30,861 nt of DNA, filler included, from Acidimicrobiia bacterium (GCA_040878325.1; 2 parts of 2 records of this genome joined end to end with filler, not necessarily neighbours in it); one strand, 5' to 3'; shown: positions 1 to 13,834, counted from the whole stretch's first letter. Translations and numbers: made by a program. The notes: generated by a model from the sequence alone, not told the origin.

Positions 1-883
1 CGGTCAGCTGGCCGTCCGAGAAGATGATCGGGTTGAATGCCGGGACCGAGGCCATCGCGATGATCGACCCGTCGCGGGGGTCGATGATGACTGCGGCAGC
101 TCGCTTCACATCCTCACCCGATGCCGCCGCCAGGGCCATCGCCTTGAGGAGGGTGTCCTCGACGAACCGTTGCACATCCAGGTCGATGGTCGTGACCACG
201 CTGCCGCCGGGGCGGGGGGCGGTCTCTTCGAGGACGCCAAGGATCTCTCCCCGAGCATTCACGCTGTATGTGATCTGACCGGGGGTGCCCCGGAGCAGGC
301 TGTCGTAGGAACGCTCGACGCCGAACCGGCCGACGCGGTCGTTGGGTTCGATCCCCACCCGCCCGAGATCGTCGGGTCCGGGCGCGCCGATGTAGCCGAT
401 GATGTGGGCCGCGGTCTCTCCGAGCGGGTACACCCTGAATGGAACCGGTTCGATCGCCACGCCCGGGAACCGCTCGATGTTCTCGAGCACGAAGACGGCG
501 GTCGATTGCCCGATGCCGTCGCTGACCGGGAAGCGGGCACCGGAGCCGCGGTCTACGAACTCCTGCCGGATCTCGGCAGCCGGAATACCGAGAAGGGCGG
601 AGAGATTCTGAATCAGCCCCTCTTCGCGCTCCAGCGGTATCAGCTTCCGGTCGACAACGATCCGCAGCGTGGCGACGGTCCCGGCCATGATCTCGGTGCC
701 GTCGCGGTCGAAGATGTCGCCACGTGGGGGCTCGATCGAGACGATGCTGATCCGCTGACTGGCGGCGACATCGAGCGAAGCCTCGACATCCGTCACCTGG
801 AGGAACCACATCCTGAGGACGAGGATCCCCAACAAGGCGCTCAGCGCGACCCCAACCGTGGCGATCCGCCAGGCGGGCCTCAT
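1..883 (-). CDS. mrdA: Penicillin-binding protein 2 (5' part only; runs off the window start)
   Basis: Not in the ORF track; translated by hand. ATG at 883 overlaps the mreD stop (ATGA). MRPAWRIATVGVALSALLGILVLRMWFLQV...PPRGDIFDRDG...RVYPLGETAAHIIGY...GRFGVERSYDSLLRG...TTIDLDVQ...IDPRDGSIIAMASVP are class B PBP motifs; follows mreBCD. Confidence 0.93.
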   Translation of the reverse strand, partial: MRPAWRIATVGVALSALLGILVLRMWFLQVTDVEASLDVAASQRISIVSIEPPRGDIFDRDGTEIMAGTVATLRIVVDRKLIPLEREEGLIQNLSALLGIPAAEIRQEFVDRGSGARFPVSDGIGQSTAVFVLENIERFPGVAIEPVPFRVYPLGETAAHIIGYIGAPGPDDLGRVGIEPNDRVGRFGVERSYDSLLRGTPGQITYSVNARGEILGVLEETAPRPGGSVVTTIDLDVQRFVEDTLLKAMALAAASGEDVKRAAAVIIDPRDGSIIAMASVPAFNPIIFSDGQLT

Positions 884-1392
884 ATCTTGAACGCGGCACT
901 TCTACGGCGGGCGACCCCCAGCGTCCATGTGATGAACGGGAGGATCAGGGCCGCCAGCAGAAGGTTGTAGAGCGAAGGGAGCAAGATCTTCCTCACGATG
1001 CCCGCGTCGGCGAGAGTCTTTTCCCCGAAGATCGTACCGACGACCGAAAACAGTGCGAGGGCACCGGCGGTGACCCCGAACACGAAGGGGCCGAGCAGGC
1101 TGAAGTCGTCCTCGAGCCGATCGCGGAACCGCAGAACGAAGTAGGCGGCCGTGGTCATCACCAGGGCCCACAACCCGAGGGCGGACTCGGCGAGGAGATC
1201 TTCGAGGAAGCCGGCGAAAAAGGCCAGGCCGAGGGCGTATTCGGCCGGGAGATGCCTGGCATAGGCGATCACGACCAACACCACCAGGGCGGGAGCGGCA
1301 TTGAACAGCCGGATGCTGGCAAAGAAGGTCGTCTGCAGGGCCACCGCGGCCACCACGATGATCACCGCCAGGATCAGGCGACGCGCCTTCAC
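880..1392 (-). CDS. mreD: Rod shape-determining protein MreD
   Basis: 170-aa multi-TM protein between mreC and mrdA with 4-nt start/stop overlaps; AFFAGFLEDLL motif. Confidence 0.9.
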   Translation of the reverse strand: MKARRLILAVIIVVAAVALQTTFFASIRLFNAAPALVVLVVIAYARHLPAEYALGLAFFAGFLEDLLAESALGLWALVMTTAAYFVLRFRDRLEDDFSLLGPFVFGVTAGALALFSVVGTIFGEKTLADAGIVRKILLPSLYNLLLAALILPFITWTLGVARRRSAAFKI

Positions 1393-2360
1393 GGTGCCGT
1401 CGTGGTCGTCGTGGTTTGCGCCGACGTGGTGGTGGTGGTCTGCACCGGGTCGTCGGGACCCCCCTCAGCCGGGTCCCCTGGATCAGCCGGCACCTGGGTC
1501 GGCAAGCGGTCGGCATCCTCGAAACCGTCGACGCCGGCCTCATCCCGGGTGAAGATCAGCACCTTGACGAAGTCGATCCGGGTCACCCCCGCCACCGGCT
1601 CGGCGGTGGTCCTGAGGGAGAATCCGACCTCGGAACGGGCGGCCTCCGTCACCCTGGCTACCGGGATTCCGGCCGGGAAGCGCCCGTCGGCGCTGACCAG
1701 CAGGTCGCCCTCGACCACCGAGGCGTCGGTGCTGAGCAGTTCCAGCGACATCGGCCCACCCCCCCGCCCGGTGAGCACCCCGGTCTCGCCGGTGCGCTCG
1801 ACCCGCACCCAGATGCGCATGGTGGGATCGGTGATCAAACGAATTCGGGCCACCGAACCGGTGACGGCCACCACCCGGCCGATCAGCCCGGCCTCATCGA
1901 CCACCGGCATGTCGAGACCGACGCCATCGTTGCTGCCCCGGTCGATCACTCGGGTGTGGTCGAACTCGGACACCCCAACGGCCAACACCTGGGCGGCCAC
2001 GGAATCGAGACCCTGGGGAGGCTTGATGCCGAGCAGCGCCTCGAGTTCCGACACCCGCACCTGAACGCTCTCGGTCTCCTGCAGCTCACGCTCGAGTTCG
2101 GAGACACGCTCTCGAAGGGCGAGGTTCTCCTGGCGGAGGCTGAACATGTCGGAGATGGTCTCGAAGAAGTCGGCGAACGGCCGGGTCACCGTCGCCACCA
2201 CCCGTTGCACCGGTGCGAATGCGGCCTGGGTGCCGTCACGGAGCGTCGATCCGATTCCTTCGCCCGAGGCGCGCAGGTCGATGGTGACGAGCGCCAGCGA
2301 GAGGACGATCAGCCCGATGAACATCCCGGTGGGACGGTCGAGGTTGCTTGGCCGCCACAT
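1389..2360 (-). CDS. mreC: Rod shape-determining protein MreC
   Basis: N-terminal TM helix, coiled coil (LRQENLALRERV), IDRGSNDGV...GLIGRV...FPAGIPV motifs, Thr-rich tail. Confidence 0.95.
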   Translation of the reverse strand: MWRPSNLDRPTGMFIGLIVLSLALVTIDLRASGEGIGSTLRDGTQAAFAPVQRVVATVTRPFADFFETISDMFSLRQENLALRERVSELERELQETESVQVRVSELEALLGIKPPQGLDSVAAQVLAVGVSEFDHTRVIDRGSNDGVGLDMPVVDEAGLIGRVVAVTGSVARIRLITDPTMRIWVRVERTGETGVLTGRGGGPMSLELLSTDASVVEGDLLVSADGRFPAGIPVARVTEAARSEVGFSLRTTAEPVAGVTRIDFVKVLIFTRDEAGVDGFEDADRLPTQVPADPGDPAEGGPDDPVQTTTTTSAQTTTTTTAP

Positions 2361-2373
2361 AGCGGCCCCTTAC

Positions 2374-3408
2374 CTAGTTCCCGCCACCGGTCGTCGTCAG
2401 GACCTCCTGGAGCATGTCGAAGTCCTCGAGGCATTGTCCGGAGCCGAGCACGACCGAGTGGAGTGGACGATCGGCGGTGATGACAGGAGTGCCGGTCTCA
2501 TTGGCGATGCGTACATCGAGGCCGCGAAGCAGCGCGCCACCACCGGTGAGGACGATGCCCCGTTCCATGACGTCTGAGGCGAGCTCGGGTGGCGTCTTGT
2601 CGAGGCAGAACTTCACCGCATCGACGACCCCGGCGACCGGCTCCTCGGTCGCCTCCCGCACTTCGGCGGCGGTGATGATCACGGTCTTCGGCAGCCCGGT
2701 GACCAGGTCTCGCCCGCGAATCTCGGCGTTGGGCTCATCCGAAAACGGCCAGGCCGAGCCGATCGCCATCTTGAGCTGCTCTGCGGTGCGGTCGCCGAGG
2801 AGGAGGTTGTACTCCTTCTTCACCCAGTTGACGATGGACTCGTCGAGTTCGTCGCCACCGACCCGGGCGCTGCGGGAGACGACGATGCCGCCCATCGAAA
2901 TGACCGCGACCTCGGTAGTGCCACCTCCGATGTCGACGATCACCGAACCGGTCGGCTCGTGGATGGGCAAACCAACGCCGATGGCGGCGGCCATCGGCTC
3001 TTCGATGGTGTACGCCCGACGGGCGCCGGCGTGATAGGCAGCCTCTTCGACAGCCCGCCGCTCGACGCCGGTGATCCCGGACGGTACGCAGATGATGATT
3101 CGGGGCCGGGCCCAGCGCCGGGGCTGCACCTTCTTGATGAAGTAACGCAGCATCTTCTCGGTGATGTCGAAGTCGGCGATGACCCCATCGCGCAACGGCC
3201 GGATCGCCTGAATGTGAGACGGAGTGCGGCCGATCATCCGCTTCGCCTCGAGCCCCACGGCGAGCGCACGGTTGTCGCGGGTGTTTATCGCGACAACCGA
3301 CGGCTCATTGAGCACGATCCCCTGGCCGCGAACATAGACCAACGTGTTCGCGGTACCGAGGTCGATTGCCATGTCACGGCTAGCCAGCGACATCAAACCC
3401 GACGCCAT
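2374..3408 (-). CDS. mreB: Rod shape-determining protein MreB
   Basis: AIDLGTANT, EEPMAAAIG, DIGGGTT and LTGGGALL motifs. Start placed at ATG 3408; the ORF-track extension to 3537 overlaps ndk. Confidence 0.97.
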   Translation of the reverse strand: MASGLMSLASRDMAIDLGTANTLVYVRGQGIVLNEPSVVAINTRDNRALAVGLEAKRMIGRTPSHIQAIRPLRDGVIADFDITEKMLRYFIKKVQPRRWARPRIIICVPSGITGVERRAVEEAAYHAGARRAYTIEEPMAAAIGVGLPIHEPTGSVIVDIGGGTTEVAVISMGGIVVSRSARVGGDELDESIVNWVKKEYNLLLGDRTAEQLKMAIGSAWPFSDEPNAEIRGRDLVTGLPKTVIITAAEVREATEEPVAGVVDAVKFCLDKTPPELASDVMERGIVLTGGGALLRGLDVRIANETGTPVITADRPLHSVVLGSGQCLEDFDMLQEVLTTTGGGN

Positions 3409-3502
3409 ATCCGCCCTTGGTGGAGTGCGGGGAGTGTACCGCCCCTGAGTATTTGAGCGTAGAGCAAGAAATCGAGCCGGGAAACCCTGGGATTCCTGGC
3501 GA

Positions 3503-3901
3503 TCAGTCGAAGAAGAGGGCCAGTTCACGCTCGGCACTGGCGGGGGAGTCGGAGCCGTGGACGATGTTCTCGGTGATCACCGTGCCGAAGTCGCCCCGGA
3601 TGGTCCCCGGCGCGGCATCCAGCGGGTTGGTGCCACCCATGACCGACCGGGCAACGGTGACCGCGGAAGGTCCAGACCACTCCATGGCGACCACCGGTCC
3701 CCCGGTGATGAACGAGACCAATTCCCCGAAGAAGGGCTTGTCGGCGTGCTCCCCGTAGTGGCGCTTCGCCATCTCCTCGGGGATCGTCACCATCCGCATC
3801 CGCACGAGGACCAGGCCCTTCCGCTCGAGGCGGGAGATGACCTCACCTACGAGCCCCCGCCGCACGCCATCAGGCTTGATCATGACGAAGGTGTTCTCCA
3901 T
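3503..3901 (-). CDS. ndk: Nucleoside diphosphate kinase
   Basis: [18 protein letters not shown] and catalytic NIVHGSD. TACCCT lies 7 nt before the ATG (probably leaderless). Confidence 0.97.
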   Translation of the reverse strand: MENTFVMIKPDGVRRGLVGEVISRLERKGLVLVRMRMVTIPEEMAKRHYGEHADKPFFGELVSFITGGPVVAMEWSGPSAVTVARSVMGGTNPLDAAPGTIRGDFGTVITENIVHGSDSPASAERELALFFD

Positions 3902-3925
3902 TGGGGAAAGGGTAGGCGGGTGAGG

Positions 3926-4020
3926 CCAGTCTCCAGTCGCCAGTCCCCAGTCGAGGAAGGCGGCCGAAGTCCGCCTGGGACGGGAGGCCCCGTCCTGCTG
4001 GAGACTGGAGACTGGGGACT
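3926..4020. repeat. Inverted pair of heptamer arrays, (CCAGTCN)n at 3926-3952 and (GGRGACT)n at 3998-4020, enclosing two small hairpins
   Basis: Read directly: ccagtctccagtcgccagtccccagtc ... ctggagactggagactggggact. Confidence 0.9.
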
Positions 4021-4021
4021 T

Positions 4022-5302
4022 CTAGGCCACACCCAACGCGCGCCGCGCCTCGCCCACTACGTAGATCGAGCCCGTAACCAGCACCGGAGTGCCAGTGGCC
4101 CGGGCGGCGGCGACGGCCGCGGCGACACTGGGGTGGGCGGTTGCCGGCACCCCCAGGTGCCGGTGCGCCAGTTCGGCCATCTCGTCGGCAGGCAACGCTC
4201 GAGGCGATTCGGCGGCGGCGGCATGCACCTGGCGTACCAATCCGCGGAGATGGCCGAGCATCGTGGTGATGTCCTTGTCCGCCATCGCGCCGATCACCGC
4301 GCTCCACTGGATGCCGGGGAACTCCTCCCGCAGCGCGGCGGCGAGGCTGGCCATCCCGTCGGGGTTGTGGGCCCCGTCGGTGAGCACGATCGGGTCACGC
4401 TGGAGGATTTCCATCCGGCCCGGCGATGTCGCCGTCGCCGCAGCCTCCTGAACCGCCGCCTCGTCGAGGGGCCGGTCGAAAAAGGCTTCCACGGCAGCCA
4501 CGGCGGTGGCGAAGTTGGTGATCTGGTGGCGGCCATGCATCATCAGCCGCAGACCCTCGTATTCCCGATAGGCCCCGGCGAGGTCGAACTCCCAGCCGCG
4601 GTCAACGGCCCGAGCGTCTTGCACGACGAACTCCTCGCCGAAGCGGAGCCAGCGTGCCCCCTGCTCCTGCGCCCGGGCCTCGGCCACCGTCAACCCGTCG
4701 GGAACCAGATCCCCCGTCACCAACACCGCACCCTCGTCGAGGATGGCCAACTTCTCAACCGCGATCTCGGACACGGTGTCCCCCAGGTACTCGGTGTGTT
4801 CGAGGCCGATGTTGGTGACCACCGCCACCGCCGACGTCGCCGCGTTGGTTGCATCGAGCCGGCCGCCGAGCCCCGTCTCGATCACCGCCACGTCGACCGC
4901 AGACTCGGCGAACCATGCAAAGGCCAGGGCGGCGGTCAGCTCGAAGTAGGTGATCAGGTCGCCGGTTCGCTCCTCGAACAGGTCGACGATGGGGGCGATC
5001 TCGGTGATCGCCGCGGCGAATTGGTCGGCCGTCATCGGGAACGCGTTCAACTGATACCGCTGCTCGACGTTGTCGAGATGGGGCGAGGTGAACAACCCGG
5101 CATCCAGGCCGTGGGCGGCCACGAGGGTGGTGATCATCCGGGAAGTCGACGTCTTGCCGTTGGTGCCGGCAACGTGAATGATCGGGTAGCCGGCGTCGGG
5201 GCGCGCCAGCATGTCCAGCAGCCCCGAGATGCGCTCGAGGCCCGGCTTCACGCCGCGCCCGATGTGGGCGTCGAGATACGCGATGGCGGCGGCGTGATCC
5301 GT
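4022..5302 (-). CDS. folC: Folylpolyglutamate synthase / dihydrofolate synthase (start uncertain: ACG 5302 or GTG 5251)
   Basis: HVAGTNGKTST, FTSPHL, ETGLGGRLDATN, PGRME, DGAHN and VTGSIYVVG motifs; directly follows valS. Confidence 0.95.
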   Translation of the reverse strand, partial: TDHAAAIAYLDAHIGRGVKPGLERISGLLDMLARPDAGYPIIHVAGTNGKTSTSRMITTLVAAHGLDAGLFTSPHLDNVEQRYQLNAFPMTADQFAAAITEIAPIVDLFEERTGDLITYFELTAALAFAWFAESAVDVAVIETGLGGRLDATNAATSAVAVVTNIGLEHTEYLGDTVSEIAVEKLAILDEGAVLVTGDLVPDGLTVAEARAQEQGARWLRFGEEFVVQDARAVDRGWEFDLAGAYREYEGLRLMMHGRHQITNFATAVAAVEAFFDRPLDEAAVQEAAATATSPGRMEILQRDPIVLTDGAHNPDGMASLAAALREEFPGIQWSAVIGAMADKDITTMLGHLRGLVRQVHAAAAESPRALPADEMAELAHRHLGVPATAHPSVAAAVAAARATGTPVLVTGSIYVVGEARRALGVA

Positions 5303-5310
5303 GGCGATTC

Positions 5311-7899
<2,589 letters not shown>

Positions 7900-7968
7900 C
7901 GGTTCCAGTCATGAGAAGTGAGAGCATAGGGTATTCGCAATCCGGGTCCACTGTTCAGATAGGCGATA

Positions 7969-8057
7969 CGCAATTCGCGATCCGCGATACGACGGAACCG
8001 GTCAGAAGCGCCGGAGCGCGACTCTGTCGTATTGCGAATCGCGAATCGCGAATTGCG
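7969..8057. repeat. Imperfect inverted repeat made of GCGAATY-type heptamers (7969-7993 vs 8026-8057)
   Basis: cgcaattcgcgatccgcgatacgac vs gtcgtattgcgaatcgcgaatcgcgaattgcg in the clpX-valS spacer. Confidence 0.85.
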
Positions 8058-8068
8058 GCGCTCGGCTC

Positions 8069-9343
<1,275 letters not shown>

Positions 9344-9361
9344 TTGAGATCTCCCTTCGGC

Positions 9362-9976
9362 CTAGCCGACGGCCTTCAACTCCCGGCCTTCGAGCACGGT
9401 GTCGATGACGCCATAGGTTCGGGCCTCATTTGCGGTCATCCAGAAATCTCGCTCCGTGTCGGCCTTCACCTTTTCCACCGCGTTGCCGGTGTGGAAGGCG
9501 AGAATCTGGTGCATCTCCTCCTTGACACGGAGGATCTCGCGGGCGTGGATCTCGATGTCAGTCGCCTGCCCTTCGAGCCCGCCGATGTGGGGCTGATGCA
9601 GCATGATCCGCGCATGGGGCAGCGCGAATCGCTTGCCAGGCGCTCCTGCGGCGAGCAGCACTGCGGCCGCGGACGCAGCCTGGCCCATGCAGTAGGTGGC
9701 GACGTTCGGCTTGATGAAGTGCATGGTGTCGTAGATCGCCATGAGCGAGGTCATCACGCCTCCGGGCGAGTTGATGTACAGGGCAATGTCCTTATCGGGA
9801 TCGTCGCCCTCGAGGTGAAGCAACTGCGCCATGATCAGATTGGCGACGTTGTCGTCGATCGGTGTGCCCAGGAAGATGATCCGTTCCTTGAGCAACCGGC
9901 TGTAGATGTCGAACGCGCGCTCGCCGCGGCTGGTCTGCTCGACGACCGTGGGAACCAGATAGCTGTTTTCGATCAT
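9362..9976 (-). CDS. clpP: ATP-dependent Clp protease proteolytic subunit
   Basis: [27 protein letters not shown] (Ser), RIMLHQP (His), DTERDFWM (Asp). Confidence 0.98.
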   Translation of the reverse strand: MIENSYLVPTVVEQTSRGERAFDIYSRLLKERIIFLGTPIDDNVANLIMAQLLHLEGDDPDKDIALYINSPGGVMTSLMAIYDTMHFIKPNVATYCMGQAASAAAVLLAAGAPGKRFALPHARIMLHQPHIGGLEGQATDIEIHAREILRVKEEMHQILAFHTGNAVEKVKADTERDFWMTANEARTYGVIDTVLEGRELKAVG

Positions 9977-11397
9977 TACTCGACCTCCGTGGGCTCGGGC
10001 ACAATTCCAGTTGCGTCCACCGACGCCTTCTCACCTTCGCCCTCGTCATCGTCTCCTGTTTCACCCGTTTCGTCACCGGGTGTTGCCGGAGCCGGCAACT
10101 CGATCTCGTTGCCTTCTTCGTCGACCGGGACGGCCAACTCGAGGAGTCGGTCGACGGCCTTGCGCCGGAGGATATCACCCGACAGTGCTTCTCCCTGGCC
10201 ACCTTCTTCGAGGGCCGCGCGGTAGTCGTCGACCGACACCTTCGCCACGGCAGCGAGAGCGGCGATCGCCTCGTCCAACTCCGCCGCAGTCACTTCGATT
10301 CCTTCAGTCTCGGCCACCGATTCGAGGAGGATCCGCGAGCGGAGGTTGAGCGATGCCTGCGAGCGAAGGTCTTCTGCAAAGCCATCACGACTTTGACCGG
10401 TCAACTCGAGATAACGATCGAGCTCGATTCCCTGGGTCTCCAGCCGGTGGGCGAATCGGTGAAAGACGGAGTCCATCTCGGCCTCGACGAGCGAATCCGG
10501 GAGCTCGAGTTCGGTGTCCTCGATCAGCTCCGCCAATAGGCGTCCCTCGAAGTCGGCCCGCAGGCCTCGAAGTCGAATGGAGCGAATCTGCTCGGTGAGT
10601 TCGGCGCGCATCTCGGCCACGGTCTCGAACTCCGACACTTCCGACACCCAGTCATCCGTGAGCTCGGGAAGCCGCTTGGCTTTCACCCCTTTGACGAGAA
10701 CCCGGACCTCGACCGCGCGCCCACCCTGCTCCCCCATCTGCGCCGGGAGCACCGAGGGGAACTCGAGAATGCGGCCGGATGCACTGCCACGGAGCGCCTC
10801 GTCGAGACCCTCGAGCAATGACCCCGACCCGATCTCATACAGCATGTCGGTCGCCGAGCCGGCGGCGAAGTCCTCACCGTCGAGGCGGGTCTTGACATCG
10901 GCGAGCACGAAGTCGCCGTCGAACGCTTCGCGGGAGACATCCTCCAATTCGGCGAACTGGTCACGCATCCGCTCGATCTGGGTGTCCACATCGTCATCGG
11001 TCACTTCCGGCCGGGCGATCTGGATACGCCGGCCTTCGACGGCGGGCAGCCGATCGATGGTGGGCCACAGCGTGATCCTCACATCCACCTCGACACCGCC
11101 GTCGGTGTCGCGCACCTCCTCCAAACGCGGGAACACCACGGGCAACAAGTCCGTGTCCCTGATGGCGGCGGCCAGGGCCTTCGGAATCGCATCGTCGATG
11201 GCCTCCCGGCGGAGGGTTGCCGAGCCAACCATCGACTCGACGACTTTGAGCGGTGCCTTGCCGGGACGGAATCCCTTGATCTTGGCGTCTTTGGCGAGAC
11301 GGCCGGCCGCCGACCGCTTGCCGGCCTCGAGGGCGGCCGCGTCGATGGTGAAGGTGAGGATCCGCTCGAAGCGGCCGACCTCCTTGACTTCGCTCAC
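9976..11397 (-). CDS. tig: Trigger factor
   Basis: GFRPGKAP ribosome-binding motif, FKBP-like middle region, acidic tail; GGAGG SD before the GTG; tig-clpP-clpX order. Confidence 0.96.
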   Translation of the reverse strand: MSEVKEVGRFERILTFTIDAAALEAGKRSAAGRLAKDAKIKGFRPGKAPLKVVESMVGSATLRREAIDDAIPKALAAAIRDTDLLPVVFPRLEEVRDTDGGVEVDVRITLWPTIDRLPAVEGRRIQIARPEVTDDDVDTQIERMRDQFAELEDVSREAFDGDFVLADVKTRLDGEDFAAGSATDMLYEIGSGSLLEGLDEALRGSASGRILEFPSVLPAQMGEQGGRAVEVRVLVKGVKAKRLPELTDDWVSEVSEFETVAEMRAELTEQIRSIRLRGLRADFEGRLLAELIEDTELELPDSLVEAEMDSVFHRFAHRLETQGIELDRYLELTGQSRDGFAEDLRSQASLNLRSRILLESVAETEGIEVTAAELDEAIAALAAVAKVSVDDYRAALEEGGQGEALSGDILRRKAVDRLLELAVPVDEEGNEIELPAPATPGDETGETGDDDEGEGEKASVDATGIVPEPTEVE

Positions 11398-11504
11398 ATC
11401 CCTCCCGGGTCAGAGACAAAACGCCGAGACGGCCGAGAGCATACGGCACCGGTAACCCCGTCCTGCGGGTGCCCCGTGGCGTCTGCGCTCGGCCGCCTCG
11501 CTTC

Positions 11505-11582
11505 GGGGTGACCGAGGGGACTTGAACCCCCGACCTCCAGGGCCACAACCTGGCGCTCTAACCTGGCTGAGCTACGGTCACC
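11505..11582 (-). tRNA. tRNA-His (GTG)
   Basis: G-1 plus GTGACCG/CGGTCAC acceptor with C73; anticodon arm CCAGG-TTGTGGC-CCTGG; T loop TTCAAGT; only CC of CCA encoded. Confidence 0.95.
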
Positions 11583-11845
11583 ATGCGGGACCCAACGGCC
11601 CCAAACCTCCAAGGCCGCAACCCCAGGGCTCTAACCCTGGCTGAGCTACGGTCACCATGCGGGACCCAACGGCCCCAAACCTCCAAGGCCNNNNNNNNNN
11701 NNNNNNNNNNNNNNNNNNNNNNNNNNNNNNNNNNNNNNNNNNNNNNNNNNNNNNNNNNNNNNNNNNNNNNNNNNNNNNNNNNNNNNNNNNTCTAACCCTG
11801 GCTGAGCTACGGTCACCATGCGGGACCCAACGGCCCCAAACCTCC
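11557..11845 (-). repeat. Tandem repeat (74-bp period) of the tRNA-His leader plus a degenerate 5' part of the tRNA, interrupted by a 100-N gap
   Basis: gctacggtcaccatgcgggacccaacggccccaaacctcc occurs at 11571, 11645 and 11806. Confidence 0.9.
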
Positions 11846-11897
11846 CCCGAATCAACTGCGGGACCAGAGGCCCGGACGCGGGAACCTGGTGCTGCAG

Positions 11898-11970
11898 CGC
11901 CCCCGGAGGGATTCGAACCCCCGACCAAGAGCTTAGAAGGCTCCTGCTCTGTCCACTGAGCTACGGGGGC
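11898..11970 (-). tRNA. tRNA-Arg (TCT)
   Basis: GCCCCCG/CGGGGGC acceptor; anticodon arm GGAGC-CTTCTAA-GCTCT; TTCGAAT T loop. Confidence 0.95.
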
Positions 11971-12017
11971 ACGGGATCGCCGCCACCGGTTCGAAGCCCA
12001 CCGAGGTGGGCTTCTCG

Positions 12018-12088
<71 letters not shown>

Positions 12089-12251
12089 TGGTCTGCCCGC
12101 CGGGCAGGATAGACGGGCGGCTCCCCATCACCGGTTCTCCCACTGCCCGTTGATCAGCCGGGCGGTCCCTTCCCATCGGCCTACGTCAGTGGCCGACTGA
12201 AGCGGCTTCCGATTGGTCGGGATGGCAGGTGCCCCTGGATATCCTGCCTCC

Positions 12252-13505
12252 ATGACCGAACCGCAGACCGGCGACGCTGGCCCGCCGACACGCCGCGACC
12301 CGATCGGCACCGCGCTCACGGTCGTCGGGGTCGCCTTCGTGCTCGCGGGGGTCGTCGGCCTCTCGCTGGCGGCCTCGATCTACCTTGGCGAGGACACTGC
12401 CGCCATCCTGCGGCAGAAGGCGTCGGGAGCCGACGGACCGCCCGACCTCGAGTACGAGCTGCTTGTCGAGGGCCTGGTGGAGCCGATCGCCGCAATCTTC
12501 CGGCCAGGAAGCGACTGGATCTTCGTCCTCGAGCGCGCCGGGAAGGTGCGCCTGGTGCAGGGTGACCGGTTGCGGGAGGATCCAGTCCTCGACATCAGCG
12601 GCAAGGTCTTCAGCGAAGCCATCGAGCAGGGGTTATTGGGAATCGCCCTGCATCCGGAATTCGACGCCAACGGCCGGGTGTTTCTCACCTACACCGATCT
12701 CGAGCAAACCCTGCTCCTGGTCGAGTTCACGATTGCGGGCCAGGGCGAGACCATCACCCTCGATCCGGCGTCGGAACGGCTGCTCCTGTCGGTCGACCAG
12801 CGCGGCCAGTACCACCAGGGAGGCACGCTCGCCTTCGGACCCGATGGCTACCTGTGGGTGGGCTTTGGCGACGGTGGAGGGAACGCCGATCCCGAACGGC
12901 ACGGCCAAAACCCCCACACCCTTCAGGGGACCCTTTCCCGCATCGATGTGGATTCAGGAGATCCCTATGGAATCCCGCCGTCGAATCCCTTCGCCGACGG
13001 GGTCGAGGGAGCCCCTGAGGTGTGGGCCTACGGATTCCGTAATCCCTGGCGCTTCACCTTCGACCGCGGCGTCGTGTACGTGGCCGATGTCGGCGAAATC
13101 TCATACGAGGAGATCAACCGGATCCCCCTCGACCACCCTGGCGGCTTCTACGGTTGGTCGATCTGGGAGGGGCCGCAATGCTTCCGGCCCGGCGAGTGCG
13201 CAGTGACCGACGCGATCTTCCCCAACCTGTCGTTCTTCCACGAGGGCCTGTGCGCGATCGTCGGCGGCCCGGTGTACCGGGGTGCGCTGATGCCTGAACT
13301 CCAGGGCCACTATTTCCACGCCGACTTCTGCAATGGTTTCGTCGAGAGCGTCGTCTTCGTCGACGGCCAGCCGGTGGCGAAAAAGCGGTGGGACTCGCTC
13401 GAGTGGATCCGGCTGCCAACGAGTTTCTTCACGGACGAGGCAGGCGAGATCTACATGTTGCACTTCAGCGGAGAGATACGGAAGCTCGTCCCAGCACTTC
13501 CGTAG
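12252..13505 (+). CDS. Membrane-anchored PQQ-dependent sugar dehydrogenase (GSDH family beta-propeller)
   Basis: N-terminal TM helix; EQGLLGIALHPEF, HQGGTLAFGPDGYLWVGFGDGG, AYGFRNPWRF and DVGE..YEEIN motifs. TATCCT lies 6 nt before ATG 12252. Confidence 0.9.
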   Translation: MTEPQTGDAGPPTRRDPIGTALTVVGVAFVLAGVVGLSLAASIYLGEDTAAILRQKASGADGPPDLEYELLVEGLVEPIAAIFRPGSDWIFVLERAGKVRLVQGDRLREDPVLDISGKVFSEAIEQGLLGIALHPEFDANGRVFLTYTDLEQTLLLVEFTIAGQGETITLDPASERLLLSVDQRGQYHQGGTLAFGPDGYLWVGFGDGGGNADPERHGQNPHTLQGTLSRIDVDSGDPYGIPPSNPFADGVEGAPEVWAYGFRNPWRFTFDRGVVYVADVGEISYEEINRIPLDHPGGFYGWSIWEGPQCFRPGECAVTDAIFPNLSFFHEGLCAIVGGPVYRGALMPELQGHYFHADFCNGFVESVVFVDGQPVAKKRWDSLEWIRLPTSFFTDEAGEIYMLHFSGEIRKLVPALP

Positions 13506-13520
13506 TGGGGCCGGCAGTAG

Positions 13521-13594
13521 TCGGGCTGGCCGGATTCGAACCGGCGGCCTCCTGCTCCCAAAGCAGGCGCGCTGCCAAGCTGCGCCACAGCCCG
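13521..13594 (-). tRNA. tRNA-Pro (TGG)
   Basis: CGGGCTG/CAGCCCG acceptor; anticodon arm CCTGC-TTTGGGA-GCAGG. Confidence 0.95.
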
Positions 13595-13660
13595 AGACCG
13601 GATTGTGCCACGCCGGCGCGGAAGACCGCCGCGCGACCCGGCGTTGCTACCCTCCGCGAC

Positions 13661-13732
13661 GGGTCGCTAGCTCAACGGCAGAGCAACGGACTCTTAATCC
13701 GCAGGTTCTGGGTTCGAATCCCAGGCGACCCA
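13661..13732 (+). tRNA. tRNA-Lys (CTT)
   Basis: GGGTCGC/GCGACCC acceptor; anticodon loop CTCTTAA; TACCCT -10-like box at 13648-13653. Confidence 0.95.
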
Positions 13733-13734
13733 CC

Positions 13735-13820
13735 GCGGGTGTAGCCGAATGGCACAGGCGCCGGACTTAGGATCCGGTGGGCTTTACCGCCCGTTGTGGG
13801 TTCGAGTCCCACCGCCCGCA
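13735..13820 (+). tRNA. tRNA-Leu (TAG)
   Basis: GCGGGTG/CGCCCGC acceptor; anticodon arm CCGGA-CTTAGGA-TCCGG; long variable arm; A73. Confidence 0.95.
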
Positions 13821-13834
13821 CCCTGTTGTCTCCC

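Noticed and set aside
7900..7912. valS frameshift suggested by an out-of-frame ATG 13 nt upstream (would read MTEPMDP if one G were removed)
   Set aside because: The in-frame ATG at 7899 already gives a complete N-terminus; cannot be resolved without reads.
11557..11845. CRISPR array
   Set aside because: The units are tRNA-derived tandem repeats, the visible inter-repeat sequence is not unique, and no cas genes are present.
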